Source: Syntrophorhabdaceae bacterium (GTDB lineage: Bacteria > Desulfobacterota > Syntrophorhabdia > Syntrophorhabdales > Syntrophorhabdaceae). Taken from it: DNA of 64,000 bases. The DNA lies in assembly GCA_963666485.2 (NCBI GenBank), contig CAXXUO010000001.1, positions 96,001-160,000 on the forward strand, read 5' to 3'. The notes below the pieces were generated by a model. It made no database searches. It saw only the letters and a list, made by a program, of their open reading frames with translations, and was not told the DNA's origin. Made by a program: the position numbers and the translations under genes. Shown piece by piece: positions 1-9,201 of this stretch (within the stretch, counting starts at the first letter, position 1; every line of letters starts with the position of its first letter).

Positions 1-881
1 CAACATTCGCACTATTGGTATTTTCCTTGATGTTCCTCTTTCCCGCCCTGGGCATGACGCGGTCGATAGACCCGGTCATCTCCACGGACTGGCTCGCCGC
101 CAATGCAAAGGACCCGAAGATCGTCATCGTTGACATCAGGAAGGTCGAGGATTACAAGGCCGGGCATATTCCGAATGCCGTGAACATCTTTGTCAATACA
201 TGGGCGATAACCCAGGGGAAACTCCGCAACCAGGTCCCGCCGATAGATGACCTGGCCGACATAATAAACTCTGCCGGGATAGCGGCCGATTCAAAAGTGG
301 TCGTTGTCGGCAACACCGATAATCCCCCCAACCGCTCAGGCATCATGCGGGTAGCCTGGACCCTCGAATATGCAGGCATAGAAAATGTTGCGATCCTTGA
401 CGGGGGATGGGAGAAATGGGTTGCCGAGAAAAAACCCGTTGCAACGGATATGGTAAAGCCCAAAGCTTCCAATTTCCAGCCAAAGCCCAATAAGGCCATG
501 CCGGCCTCAAAGGATGACGTCAAGGCTGCCATAGGAAAAGAGACGATCGTCGATGCCCGGGACCCTGATTTTTACCAGGGCAAAAAGAAACTCGACTTTG
601 TGGCCCGGGCGGGCAGGATAAAAACCGCCGTCAACCTTCCTTCGATGGCGGCGTACAACCCGAACGGCACATTCAAGGACAAAAAAGAGCTTGCGGACAT
701 GGCCGCGAAAGCCGTGGGAAGCGACCTCAACAAGAATATAATCGTTTATTGTGACACAGGCAGACTCGCCACGGTCTGGGCATACCTTTTAAAAGACGTC
801 CTGGGATATAAGAACGTCCGGATGTACGACGGCTCATCGGAAGAATGGATGGCGGATCCGACTGCACCGATAGAACCGTAA
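1..881 (+). CDS. Exported two-domain rhodanese/sulfurtransferase (5' end runs off the window)
   Basis: GHIPNAV motif, LDGGWEKW, catalytic loop YCDTGR and C-terminal YDGSSEEW. The frame is open to the window start and has a hydrophobic signal-like N-terminus. Confidence 0.9.
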   Translation, partial: TFALLVFSLMFLFPALGMTRSIDPVISTDWLAANAKDPKIVIVDIRKVEDYKAGHIPNAVNIFVNTWAITQGKLRNQVPPIDDLADIINSAGIAADSKVVVVGNTDNPPNRSGIMRVAWTLEYAGIENVAILDGGWEKWVAEKKPVATDMVKPKASNFQPKPNKAMPASKDDVKAAIGKETIVDARDPDFYQGKKKLDFVARAGRIKTAVNLPSMAAYNPNGTFKDKKELADMAAKAVGSDLNKNIIVYCDTGRLATVWAYLLKDVLGYKNVRMYDGSSEEWMADPTAPIEP

Positions 882-883
882 AA

Positions 884-904
884 GGCGTAAGGCGTAAGGC
901 GTAA
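884..904 (+). repeat. Heptamer tandem repeat (GGCGTAA)x3 directly after the stop codon
   Basis: ggcgtaa ggcgtaa ggcgtaa read directly. Confidence 0.9.
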
Positions 905-940
905 AAAACCGCTATCCCATCCGGGGTAGCGGTTTTTTTT
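903..940. terminator. Bidirectional intrinsic terminator between the rhodanese gene and lexA
   Basis: aaaaaaccgctatccc-atcc-ggggtagcggtttttttt hairpin with A and T tails. Confidence 0.85.
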
Positions 941-956
941 ATAATTTGGTTTTTAC

Positions 957-978
957 GTGGAACGGTGGAACGTGGAAC
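957..978 (-). repeat. GTTCCAC heptamer repeat x3 just downstream of the lexA stop
   Basis: gtggaac g gtggaac gtggaac next to tta at 984-986. Confidence 0.85.
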
Positions 979-983
979 TCTTT

Positions 984-1616
984 TTACGGATCCATCCGCA
1001 AAACCATCACCACCCTCCCCTGCACCCGGACGTTTTCCGCATCGTGGAACATGGGCAGCATGTACGGGTTGCACGGCTGAAGCCTTATCTTCTGATCCTT
1101 TTCGTAATAGACCTTTTTGAGAGTCACTTCCTGTTCGTTTTCAAGCCAGCAGGCGGCGACATCACCATTCTTCACGGAATCGGCCTTCTCCATGATCACG
1201 ATGTCCGAATCGGCTATCATGGCGTCCACCATGGAATTGCCCCTGACCCTGAGTGCGAAGAGGTCCCTTCCCTTTCGCATGACGTCGCGCGGGACATCGA
1301 CCATCTCCTGGTCCGAAGCAGATTCTTTATCCATGGAAGGAACATCTATGGGCTGGCCAGCCGCGATCACGCCGAGGAGCGGCACACAGGCAGGTCCCTC
1401 TTCATCTCCCACCACACCGATGCTCCGCGAACGCACCCTGTCCTTTGTGATCAGCCCGGCTTCCTTGAGCTGCTCCAGGTGATACTGAACGACGGACGGG
1501 CTTTTCACCCCGCAATGGCTCGCAACCTCGCGCACGGACGGTGAATAGCCGTTATCGCGCCGAAACGCCCTGATAAAATCGAGGATCTCTTCACGGGTGT
1601 TTGTTTTTCGTACCAT
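984..1616 (-). CDS. lexA: SOS repressor LexA
   Basis: N-terminal wHTH (GYSPSVREVA...SPSVVQYHL), Ala-Gly cleavage site IAAGQP, catalytic Ser (GNSM) and Lys (TLKK). Confidence 0.97.
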   Translation of the reverse strand: MVRKTNTREEILDFIRAFRRDNGYSPSVREVASHCGVKSPSVVQYHLEQLKEAGLITKDRVRSRSIGVVGDEEGPACVPLLGVIAAGQPIDVPSMDKESASDQEMVDVPRDVMRKGRDLFALRVRGNSMVDAMIADSDIVIMEKADSVKNGDVAACWLENEQEVTLKKVYYEKDQKIRLQPCNPYMLPMFHDAENVRVQGRVVMVLRMDP

Positions 1617-1631
1617 AGAACAAGTGTACTA
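1616..1631. promoter_or_regulatory. Putative LexA box TAGAAC-AAGT-GTACTA overlapping the lexA -10 and start
   Basis: GAAC-N4-GTAC, one mismatch to GAAC-N4-GTTC, abutting the lexA ATG. Confidence 0.75.
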
Positions 1632-1670
1632 CAAACAAGGAAAACTTTACAACAAATTTATAAAACCTGC

Positions 1671-1851
1671 CGTCATTCCCGCGAAGCGGGAATCCAGTGT
1701 CTTTTTTGTTATTTTTTTGCGTAATACCCGGAAACATATAAACATTTGTGCAAGTAAATCAGGCCGCCGGCTGCCCCCTACAATAAGAAGGCTCAACACT
1801 ATAGAAGATTAAAAGATAAAGACGCTGGATTCCCGCTTCGCGGGAATGACG
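1671..1851. repeat. CGTC-type REP doublet (34-bp inverted arms 1671-1704 and 1818-1851)
   Basis: cgtcattcccgcgaagcgggaatccagtgtcttt ... aaagacgctggattcccgcttcgcgggaatgacg, one mismatch between arms. Confidence 0.9.
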
Positions 1852-1890
1852 ACCGATTTTTTAATTCTGAATAATAACCGGAAATTATCT

Positions 1891-1921
1891 AACTTTGAAC
1901 CTTGAACTTTGAACCTTGAAC
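1891..1921 (+). repeat. Heptamer tandem repeat TTGAAC(C/T), about 4 units
   Basis: aactttgaaccttgaactttgaaccttgaac. Confidence 0.85.
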
Positions 1922-1932
1922 AAAAATTTTTC

Positions 1933-1961
1933 TTGCCAAATTAGAACAGATGTTCTAATAT
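1933..1961 (+). promoter_or_regulatory. Sigma70 promoter TTGCCA-N17-TAATAT with palindromic LexA box TTAGAACAGATGTTCTAA (1941-1958) in the spacer
   Basis: Read directly; perfect GAAC-N4-GTTC core. Confidence 0.85.
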
Positions 1962-1967
1962 TGCGTT

Positions 1968-3158
1968 ATGCGAGTTGCTTGTCTCTACATCCCCCATTTT
2001 TATTGCCAGGTCGAATACCGGAAAGACCCTTCCCTCAGAACAAAACCTGTCGTAATCATAGGCATGCCCGAGGAAAGAGGGTTTATCATGGATTGCTCCG
2101 AAGAGCTTACCCGAAGAGGAGTTGCTCCCTCGATGGCACTCAAGGACGCCTATCATCTTTGCTATGATGCGGCCCCGCTACTGGCCCGCAGAAAGGAATA
2201 CGAGACCCTGTGGGAAGACATCCTTTCTTCCGTCGCGGGGATAACCCTGCGCATCGAACCAAAAGAACCGGGCACGGTATTTCTTGATATTACGAGGCTT
2301 CCCGGCATGTTCAGAAGCGAGGAGCAGATCGCACACGCCTTGACCAGGATGGTGTCGGAAAAATTTGGCCTCGATGTCAGGATGGGGATCGGGAATTCCC
2401 GTTTCTTGAGCGGTGAGGCCGCCTCGTCGGCAGCCGGGGCTGTGCGTGTCATTCCTCCGGGAATGGAAAGGGATTTCCTATCCTCTATCAAGATCGGGCG
2501 CCTTGCGATACCGGACGAGATCCGCGAAAGGCTCGATCTTCTCGGTCTCGATTCGCTCGGGCAGATCGGCGCATTCACCTTTTCGGCGCTTACCTCGCAG
2601 TTCGGGGCTGCAGGAAAAGAATTGTGGGAGATCGCAAACGGGGTCGGCGACCAGGGCAGGATACTGCCCGCCTTCACTATTACCGACATAGACCGGGAAA
2701 TGGTCTGTGACGGGCCGGTCCATTCACGGCAGGAGATCAAGGCGGCCCTTCTCGAACTCCTCGACGGGCTGTGCCTCGAACTCGAGGAACTCGGTAAGGC
2801 CTGCCGCACGATAAAGCTCGTTCTCGACCTCGAGAACAGGACTTTTTTTGAAAAAGAATTCTTTATGCACGGCCCCACGGTACACAAGGACGACATGCTG
2901 CTGAGGATAATGGCAGGGCTTGAAGGGATCGAACTTGCAAGCCCGGTCAGGATAATGAGCGTACGGGCCGGGGCCCTTGTCAATTATGCGGGAAAACAGG
3001 AGAAGCTTTTCCGGAACCGCAACCGCATTGAAAGAAGCATGAAAGAGATCAGGGGATTTCTGAAAACCAAGTACGGATCGATGCCGCTTGCACGCGCTGT
3101 CAGGAACGACGGCGGCACCCTCCTGCCCGATGACAGGTTTATTTTTGTCGAACCATGA
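1968..3158 (+). CDS. imuB: Catalytically inactive Y-family DNA polymerase (ImuB-like)
   Basis: UmuC/DinB-like fold with the catalytic motifs replaced (YIPHFY; EPGTVFLD), QEKLF clamp-binding-like motif, upstream of dnaE2. Confidence 0.85.
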   Translation: MRVACLYIPHFYCQVEYRKDPSLRTKPVVIIGMPEERGFIMDCSEELTRRGVAPSMALKDAYHLCYDAAPLLARRKEYETLWEDILSSVAGITLRIEPKEPGTVFLDITRLPGMFRSEEQIAHALTRMVSEKFGLDVRMGIGNSRFLSGEAASSAAGAVRVIPPGMERDFLSSIKIGRLAIPDEIRERLDLLGLDSLGQIGAFTFSALTSQFGAAGKELWEIANGVGDQGRILPAFTITDIDREMVCDGPVHSRQEIKAALLELLDGLCLELEELGKACRTIKLVLDLENRTFFEKEFFMHGPTVHKDDMLLRIMAGLEGIELASPVRIMSVRAGALVNYAGKQEKLFRNRNRIERSMKEIRGFLKTKYGSMPLARAVRNDGGTLLPDDRFIFVEP

Positions 3159-3406
3159 AAGCATCACCCTCCGATCCCGAACCTTTGCCCGTTATTGCCG
3201 TTAAGAACAGGCCGGCATGGGTCATCCTGAAAAAGAAAAAGCAGAAAGTCCGGGAGATTGTCAACATCTGGCGGATCGATGACGCCTGGTGGCGCAAACC
3301 CGTTGCCCGCATGTATTATGCGCTTGAACTTGAAAGCGGGGCCCGGATAACGGTCTTCCAGGACCTTGATTCAGGTGACTGGTACCGGCAAAACTGGTCT
3401 GCCTGA
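3155..3406 (+). CDS. Small conserved protein of SOS mutagenesis cassettes (DUF6504-like)
   Basis: WRIDDAWWR...YY.L.L..G...VF.D..G.W pattern; ATGA-coupled to imuB. Confidence 0.75.
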   Translation: MKASPSDPEPLPVIAVKNRPAWVILKKKKQKVREIVNIWRIDDAWWRKPVARMYYALELESGARITVFQDLDSGDWYRQNWSA

Positions 3407-3411
3407 GATCC

Positions 3412-6400
3412 ATGTACACCGAACTGCACGCCCATTCAAATTTTTCTTTTCTCGACGGGGCCTCACCTACCCGCGCCCTCGTCGAACGGGCCGCGTCCCT
3501 CGGCATGGACACCCTTGCCATCACCGATCACGACGGGCTCTACAACGCCTGCCTCTTTACGAGGCTCGCAAAAGAGGCAGGTATAAAACCCATTATCGGC
3601 GCCGAACTGACGCTTGAAGGGGAGCGGCACCTTACATTACTCGTCGAAAACGGCAGGGGATACGAAAATTTGTCCCACCTTATCACCCGCGGGCACCTTG
3701 CGGGCTCCAAGGGGAAGCCGGTCTTATCCCCGGCAGACCTTCAGGCCCGCACGGAAGGGCTCGTCTGCCTGTCCGGCTGCGCACGATCGGAGATAAACCG
3801 TCTTCTCATACAACGGGAAAGGCGGGCCGCATACGAGGCGGCAAAGGCATACACCGAGCTTTTCGGCAAAGACAATTTTTATATCGAGCTCGAGGGGCAT
3901 CTTTATCCCGAAGACAGGGGCCTGTGCCGTCAACTGATCGAGATGGCCCGGGAATTGGGCCTCAAGACCGTTGCTTCGAATAATGTCCATTACGCGACAC
4001 GGGACGGGCATACCCTTCACGATGTCCTCACCTGCATACAGCACGGGGCGACCCTGGAGAGATCGGCCGCCATCCGGAGGCTCAATTCCGAATTTTATCT
4101 CAAAAGCCATGAGGAGATGCTCGAGCTTCCCTTTATACCCCGGGACGCCATCCTCAGGACCGAAGAGGTAGCCCGAAGGTGCACATTCAACCTCGATTTC
4201 TCTTCCTTTTCCTATCCTGATTTCCCCCTGCCGGTTGATGAGACAGCAGCGGGATTTCTTAAAAAATTGGTAATGCAAAAGGCCGGCGAGCGCTATGGGG
4301 CCCTGACGGAAGAGGTCCTGGCGCGGATCGAGGACGAGACCGGCCTTATCGAGCAAAAAGGGCTTTCGGGATATTTCCTCGTTGTCTGGGACATCATCGA
4401 ATACGCCCGAAAAATGGGGATATCCGCGCAGGGCAGAGGCTCGGCGGCAAGCTCCGTCGTGGCATATGCCCTCGGTATAACCCCCGTCGACCCGATACGC
4501 CACAGGCTTTTCGTGGGGCGTTTTCTCAATGAACTGAGCATCCCCGATATCGACATCGATATCGCGACAAACAGGCGCGAAGAGGTTATCAGATACGCCT
4601 ACGACACCTACGGCCGTGAGCATGCCGCGATGGTCTGCACCTACGTGACGTTCCAGGGGCGCAATGCAATGCGTGAGGTTGGAAAGGTGCTCGGCCTTCC
4701 CGCGCATATCATAGACAGGATGGCGAAGTCTACTTCCGCGTATGGCGGCCACGGGGCCGTGGAGTCATTGAGGGAGGTCCCCGAGTTCAGATCATATCTC
4801 GACTCCGGGGCCTGGGGGCATTTCAGCAGGCTATGCGGGCAGATAGCCGATTTCCCGCGCCATCTCTCGATCCATGTCGGGGGGATGATCATTACCCCGA
4901 AACCGATCGCGGACATTGTGCCCCAGGAGCACGCCCGCGCCGAAGGAAGGATCGTCTGCCAGTGGGACAAGGATTCCGTCGATGACGCGGGGCTTATCAA
5001 GTTTGATCTCCTGGGCCTGAGGATGCTTTCCCTTATCGATGATGCGAAGGAGCTTATCCAGAAGCACCGGGGCATTGACCTCGATCTCGACCGCCTTCCC
5101 CCCGACGACCCCCGCGTTTACGACATGATAAGCGAGGCGGACACGGTCGGGATATTCCAGGTTGAGAGCCGGGCGCAGATGCAGACATTGCCCAAAATGA
5201 GGCCGCGCACCTTCGAAGACCTCACCATCGAAGTGTCCATCGTTAGGCCGGGCCCCCTCCAGGGGAACATGGTCCATCCCTTCATACGCCGCAGGCAGGG
5301 CAAAGAGCCCGTTGTCCACCTGCACCCCAAACTGGCCCCCATCCTCGATGAAACACTCGGCGTGATACTTTTCCAGGAACAGATCCTCGAGGTGGCAATG
5401 GCCATAGCCGGATTCACGGCGGGTGAAGGGAACAAGCTGCGTAAGGTAATGGGGCGCAAGAATGCACGGGAGGAACTCCTCGCATGGCACGAGCGTTTTC
5501 TCGAAGGGGCAAAAAGGCAAGGCATCGTGAGCGGCATCGCCTCGAAGATATTCGACCATATCTGCGGGTTTGCCGATTTCGGTTTTTGCAAGAGCCACGC
5601 CGCCAGTTTTGCGATCCTGTGCTACCGGTCCGCCTACCTGAAATATCATTATCCGGCAGAGTTTTATTGCGCCCTCCTCAACAACCAGCCCATGGGTTTT
5701 TATGAACCGGAGGTCATCATAGGGGACGCGAAAAGGCACAACGTCCCTATCCTTCCCGCGGATATCAACAGGAGCACGTGGAACTGCACCATTGAGGAAG
5801 GTTCTGTCAGGACAGGTTTCAGGTATGTGAAGGGGATCGGAGAGGAAAAAGGGGACCGTATTGTCACGGCGCGCGATCGGGGAGGAACATATATCTCGCT
5901 GCAGGATGTCGCCGACCGGTCGGGGCTCGACATGAGGTCCCTGCAAAACCTCGTTGCTGTCGGCGCATTGAGCGCCATCAAAAATTCCCGCAGACAGCTT
6001 CTCTGGGAAGCGGGGACAATACGGACAGCAGGGCTTACAGGGCTCGATGCCGGCGCGATGCATGAAAAACTCCCCATCCCCGAGATGACGGCACGCGAGG
6101 AGACGATAACCGACTATATCTACCAGGGGTTCTCCCCCGCGCGCCACATAATCAAGCTTTACCGGAAAAAACTGGATATGCTCGGAGCGGTGCCGAGCGA
6201 CAGGCTTATCCGCTGTTCTTCCGGAAGCAAGGTGATCGTTGCAGGGTACATGGTGTGCCTGCAGATGCCCCCGACAGCAAAGGGAAAGTTTTCATTCATC
6301 ACGCTTGAAGACGAAGACGGTCTTATCAACCTTGTGGTAAGGCCGGAGGTTTACAAGGCGTACCGCACTATCATACGCCTCGAGCCGTTCCTTCTTGTCG

Positions 6401-6480
6401 AAGGCGTTGTCGAAAAAAAGGGCAGCCTGATCAACATCAAGGTGAGCAAGGTCGAAAGCCTTGCCCCGTCGTTCCGGTAA
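3412..6480 (+). CDS. dnaE2: Error-prone DNA polymerase III alpha (DnaE2/ImuC)
   Basis: PHP domain (ELHAHSNFSFLDG, TDHDG), GRGSAASS, PDIDID, HLSIHVGG, QWDKD, KFDLLGL, KSHAASFA, LLNNQPMGFY, C-terminal OB fold. Confidence 0.95.
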   Translation: MYTELHAHSNFSFLDGASPTRALVERAASLGMDTLAITDHDGLYNACLFTRLAKEAGIKPIIGAELTLEGERHLTLLVENGRGYENLSHLITRGHLAGSKGKPVLSPADLQARTEGLVCLSGCARSEINRLLIQRERRAAYEAAKAYTELFGKDNFYIELEGHLYPEDRGLCRQLIEMARELGLKTVASNNVHYATRDGHTLHDVLTCIQHGATLERSAAIRRLNSEFYLKSHEEMLELPFIPRDAILRTEEVARRCTFNLDFSSFSYPDFPLPVDETAAGFLKKLVMQKAGERYGALTEEVLARIEDETGLIEQKGLSGYFLVVWDIIEYARKMGISAQGRGSAASSVVAYALGITPVDPIRHRLFVGRFLNELSIPDIDIDIATNRREEVIRYAYDTYGREHAAMVCTYVTFQGRNAMREVGKVLGLPAHIIDRMAKSTSAYGGHGAVESLREVPEFRSYLDSGAWGHFSRLCGQIADFPRHLSIHVGGMIITPKPIADIVPQEHARAEGRIVCQWDKDSVDDAGLIKFDLLGLRMLSLIDDAKELIQKHRGIDLDLDRLPPDDPRVYDMISEADTVGIFQVESRAQMQTLPKMRPRTFEDLTIEVSIVRPGPLQGNMVHPFIRRRQGKEPVVHLHPKLAPILDETLGVILFQEQILEVAMAIAGFTAGEGNKLRKVMGRKNAREELLAWHERFLEGAKRQGIVSGIASKIFDHICGFADFGFCKSHAASFAILCYRSAYLKYHYPAEFYCALLNNQPMGFYEPEVIIGDAKRHNVPILPADINRSTWNCTIEEGSVRTGFRYVKGIGEEKGDRIVTARDRGGTYISLQDVADRSGLDMRSLQNLVAVGALSAIKNSRRQLLWEAGTIRTAGLTGLDAGAMHEKLPIPEMTAREETITDYIYQGFSPARHIIKLYRKKLDMLGAVPSDRLIRCSSGSKVIVAGYMVCLQMPPTAKGKFSFITLEDEDGLINLVVRPEVYKAYRTIIRLEPFLLVEGVVEKKGSLINIKVSKVESLAPSFR

Positions 6481-6496
6481 AACCCGCAGATACCCG

Positions 6497-6679
6497 TCAC
6501 GCGATCTTTTTCTTGCACCGGATACAATACATCGGCTTTTCGTCGTGGATCGCATCCTCGAAATACCGGACCTTTTCGGGGGACTGTCTTTCCTCGTCGC
6601 TTGCGCAAACGGGACAGATCCACCCGCTATCTTCCTTACGATGATATGCCCTTATCTTTTTTTCATCTATTATCGCCAT
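6497..6679 (-). CDS. Small zinc-ribbon-like protein
   Basis: CPVC...CIRC, 60 aa, preceded by a GGGGAAG RBS-like sequence. Confidence 0.65.
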   Translation of the reverse strand: MAIIDEKKIRAYHRKEDSGWICPVCASDEERQSPEKVRYFEDAIHDEKPMYCIRCKKKIA

Positions 6680-6784
6680 AGGTCTTCCCCCTTGAAATAT
6701 ACGATCTTTTCCCTGGGGGAACTATAGTGCGCCGGATAGCGGCCGTCAACGAATGATGGATGCAGAATCGCGGTGGAAGAGGTT

Positions 6785-7714
6785 TTACGGCTGAACGACT
6801 GTGATCGCCAATTCCCTGTCGAGTTTCATTTCCTCAAGAAAATGCGGCTTTATGAAAACCTTGATGGTTGCCGGCCCCGGCTTTTGTGCCCTGAACTCCT
6901 TTGCAAGGGCCGCGTCCTGAACGAGCCAGCCGTCGCTATCCATCGACAGGACGGGAGTCCTGGCATCGCGAAGCGGGGCGAGCACATCGCCATCGGCCCG
7001 GACATTATAGAACGGCCCGCTCTTGCTGCCTTCCTTTCCATAATAAAACATGACGGTTTCTCCGAGCGGAAGGACTCCATCCTCTCCCAGGTAGAAAAAC
7101 GTAAAGTTCTTGACGATCAGACCTCCGTCGGGTTTGTTCCCACTGACTGTCAGGGTGTTTTTACCCTGCCGCCATGCCGGATCAATGATCCGGGCCTGTA
7201 CGTCGCTGCCTGTCGATCTTCCGTACATATCCTTGCCGTTGAACGATATCCTGATGTCCGTAACATTGACTATGGCGACGGCGAGTTGTTTACCCTTTCC
7301 CGATACTATCTCCCGGTCGCCCGGATGGTCCATGACAGCGATAAGGGGAACTTGTTTCCATTCAAAAACGCTCTTCGCAACCGCGGTGCGGCTGTTGACC
7401 GTCATTTTTACCGTTACGGCCTGTTTGCCTGCCCGCCGGGGAAAGAACATGAGGTCGGCCATGTTCCTGCCGCCCGAGAAGCCGCCGGATACCTTTCGCG
7501 CCCGGACGGGCTTGCCGTTGACCTCAACCGTAAATTTTGCATTATCACCCCATGCCTGCGGGTATTCGAGCCCGGCTATGGCATATATGTCATGTGCGGG
7601 CTGAATGGATGTGATCTTAAGCGTGGTCACCGCGGCCGGCTCAGACGATTGTCCGGCGCACAGGCCGGCGAAAAGAACGATCATGATAATAAAAATAACG
7701 GAAAAATATCTCAT
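6785..7714 (-). CDS. Exported hypothetical protein (beta-rich)
   Basis: 309 aa, N-terminal signal peptide, GAGG RBS. Confidence 0.7.
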   Translation of the reverse strand: MRYFSVIFIIMIVLFAGLCAGQSSEPAAVTTLKITSIQPAHDIYAIAGLEYPQAWGDNAKFTVEVNGKPVRARKVSGGFSGGRNMADLMFFPRRAGKQAVTVKMTVNSRTAVAKSVFEWKQVPLIAVMDHPGDREIVSGKGKQLAVAIVNVTDIRISFNGKDMYGRSTGSDVQARIIDPAWRQGKNTLTVSGNKPDGGLIVKNFTFFYLGEDGVLPLGETVMFYYGKEGSKSGPFYNVRADGDVLAPLRDARTPVLSMDSDGWLVQDAALAKEFRAQKPGPATIKVFIKPHFLEEMKLDRELAITVVQP

Positions 7715-7774
7715 TATGAAAACCTCAAGAATGATAGAGGCCGTATAGCCTTCTTTCCTGTGCGCACCCTTATA

Positions 7775-8332
7775 CTAATTCATTTTGGACAGTATCTGCA
7801 TCGCCATGTTCCGGGTATAATTCAGGCTCTGCTCCTCTCTCGCCCTTTCCATGGCTTGACTGGACGGAAAACTTCCCTCGAGGTGCGGATGGGCGACGAG
7901 GACGAACAGGTAATTTGCCTTTATTATCCAGAGATCATACCCGTTCCAGAAGGCTTCTTCACCCAGGGCGGGGATGTTCCTCATTTTCTTCGCCGTATCC
8001 GGGTTCGCCATCCGGGCTTTTTTCTGTCTTTCATAGGCATCCCTCGCCGATTTGAATATCCCTTCCGGCTTTATCTGTTCGGACGATGAGACCCTGACCT
8101 TAATGGCGCACGTAGTGCCTTTGATCTTGAAGATATATATACACATGGTGCCGGCAGGGGCCTTGACCCTTTCCGCTTTCTGCGACTGTGCCTTCGCATT
8201 AAAGAGCGATTCCGCCTCGGGCCTCGTAAAGATGCCGCATGCTTCGATCTGGTCTGCCGCATACACGGCCGGAGGGCCCGGCATGACAGCAAACAACAGG
8301 GCAATAACGGCAAAGGACGCGAATATCTTCAT
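7775..8332 (-). CDS. Exported hypothetical protein
   Basis: GGAGGAG RBS before the ATG at 8332 (MKIFASF...), signal peptide ending near AYA-like site. Confidence 0.7.
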   Translation of the reverse strand: MKIFASFAVIALLFAVMPGPPAVYAADQIEACGIFTRPEAESLFNAKAQSQKAERVKAPAGTMCIYIFKIKGTTCAIKVRVSSSEQIKPEGIFKSARDAYERQKKARMANPDTAKKMRNIPALGEEAFWNGYDLWIIKANYLFVLVAHPHLEGSFPSSQAMERAREEQSLNYTRNMAMQILSKMN

Positions 8333-8411
8333 AACTCCTCCTGGCGTCATGGCATACAGTTTTTGTGTGATTGAATGATACTACAAAATGAGGAGGTTTG
8401 AAAGCGCCGGT

Positions 8412-9191
8412 CTATTTTTTGTCCTGTTCCCGTGCTATAAGCGCTGCACCGAGCGCGGCCGTGATCTGGGGATGATCGGGAACAAAGAGTTTCGCGCCAA
8501 GTTCCGCGCCAAGCGCATTGACGAGCCCGATATCCATTGCCCCGCCGCCTGTCACGGCAAAGTCGGGATTGAGCCCGACGCGCATCGCCAGCGTCACGAT
8601 CTTCGACGCCATGGCATTGTGAATTCCCGCCAGTATATCGGCCGGGGATGCCCCCTCCGATATGCGGGACACCGCTTCCGATTCGGCGAAGACAGCGCAT
8701 GCTGTTGTGAACTCTACAGGCTTCTGCGCTTTCAACGATAGTTCCCCGATGTCTGCCACATTCATATGCAGGATGCGTGCGGCTACCTGGAGGAACTTGC
8801 CGCTTCCCCCGGCGCATTTTTCGTTCATGATGAAGTTCGCAAGCCTTCCCTCGTCGTCGAGCCGGATCGCCCGGGAATACTGGGCCCCCACATCCATGAG
8901 AGTTTTCACGGAAGGGAAGAGGTGATGGACCCCGATGGCATGGCACGAAATGTCCGTTGACGTATCGTCGGCAAAATCCACCATGTTACCGCCATACCCT
9001 GCCGCAACCGTGCGTGCCACATCAGCCCGGGTAATTCCGATCTCATCGAGCGCCGCTTTTGCCGCCAGCGTGCCCGCCTCCCGGTAATCCCCCCCGGATG
9101 GTATTACGGCGTAGGACCGGATCTCGCCGTCTTCAAGGATGACCGCCTTCGAATACCCGGAACCCACATCTATGCCAAGTACAAATGACAC
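8412..9191 (-). CDS. ASKHA-family ATP-dependent activase (BcrA/BcrD/BzdP/BzdQ/HgdC family), copy 2
   Basis: GIDVGS, AAGYG, NEKCAGGSG, CAVFAESE, TGGGA; GTG start after GAGGT. Confidence 0.9.
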   Translation of the reverse strand: MSFVLGIDVGSGYSKAVILEDGEIRSYAVIPSGGDYREAGTLAAKAALDEIGITRADVARTVAAGYGGNMVDFADDTSTDISCHAIGVHHLFPSVKTLMDVGAQYSRAIRLDDEGRLANFIMNEKCAGGSGKFLQVAARILHMNVADIGELSLKAQKPVEFTTACAVFAESEAVSRISEGASPADILAGIHNAMASKIVTLAMRVGLNPDFAVTGGGAMDIGLVNALGAELGAKLFVPDHPQITAALGAALIAREQDKK

Positions 9192-9201
9192 TATTATTAC
9201 C

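Noticed and set aside
1671..1851. Inverted repeats as the ends of an IS element
   Set aside because: Only 181 bp, no transposase and no clear target-site duplication; treated as a REP doublet.
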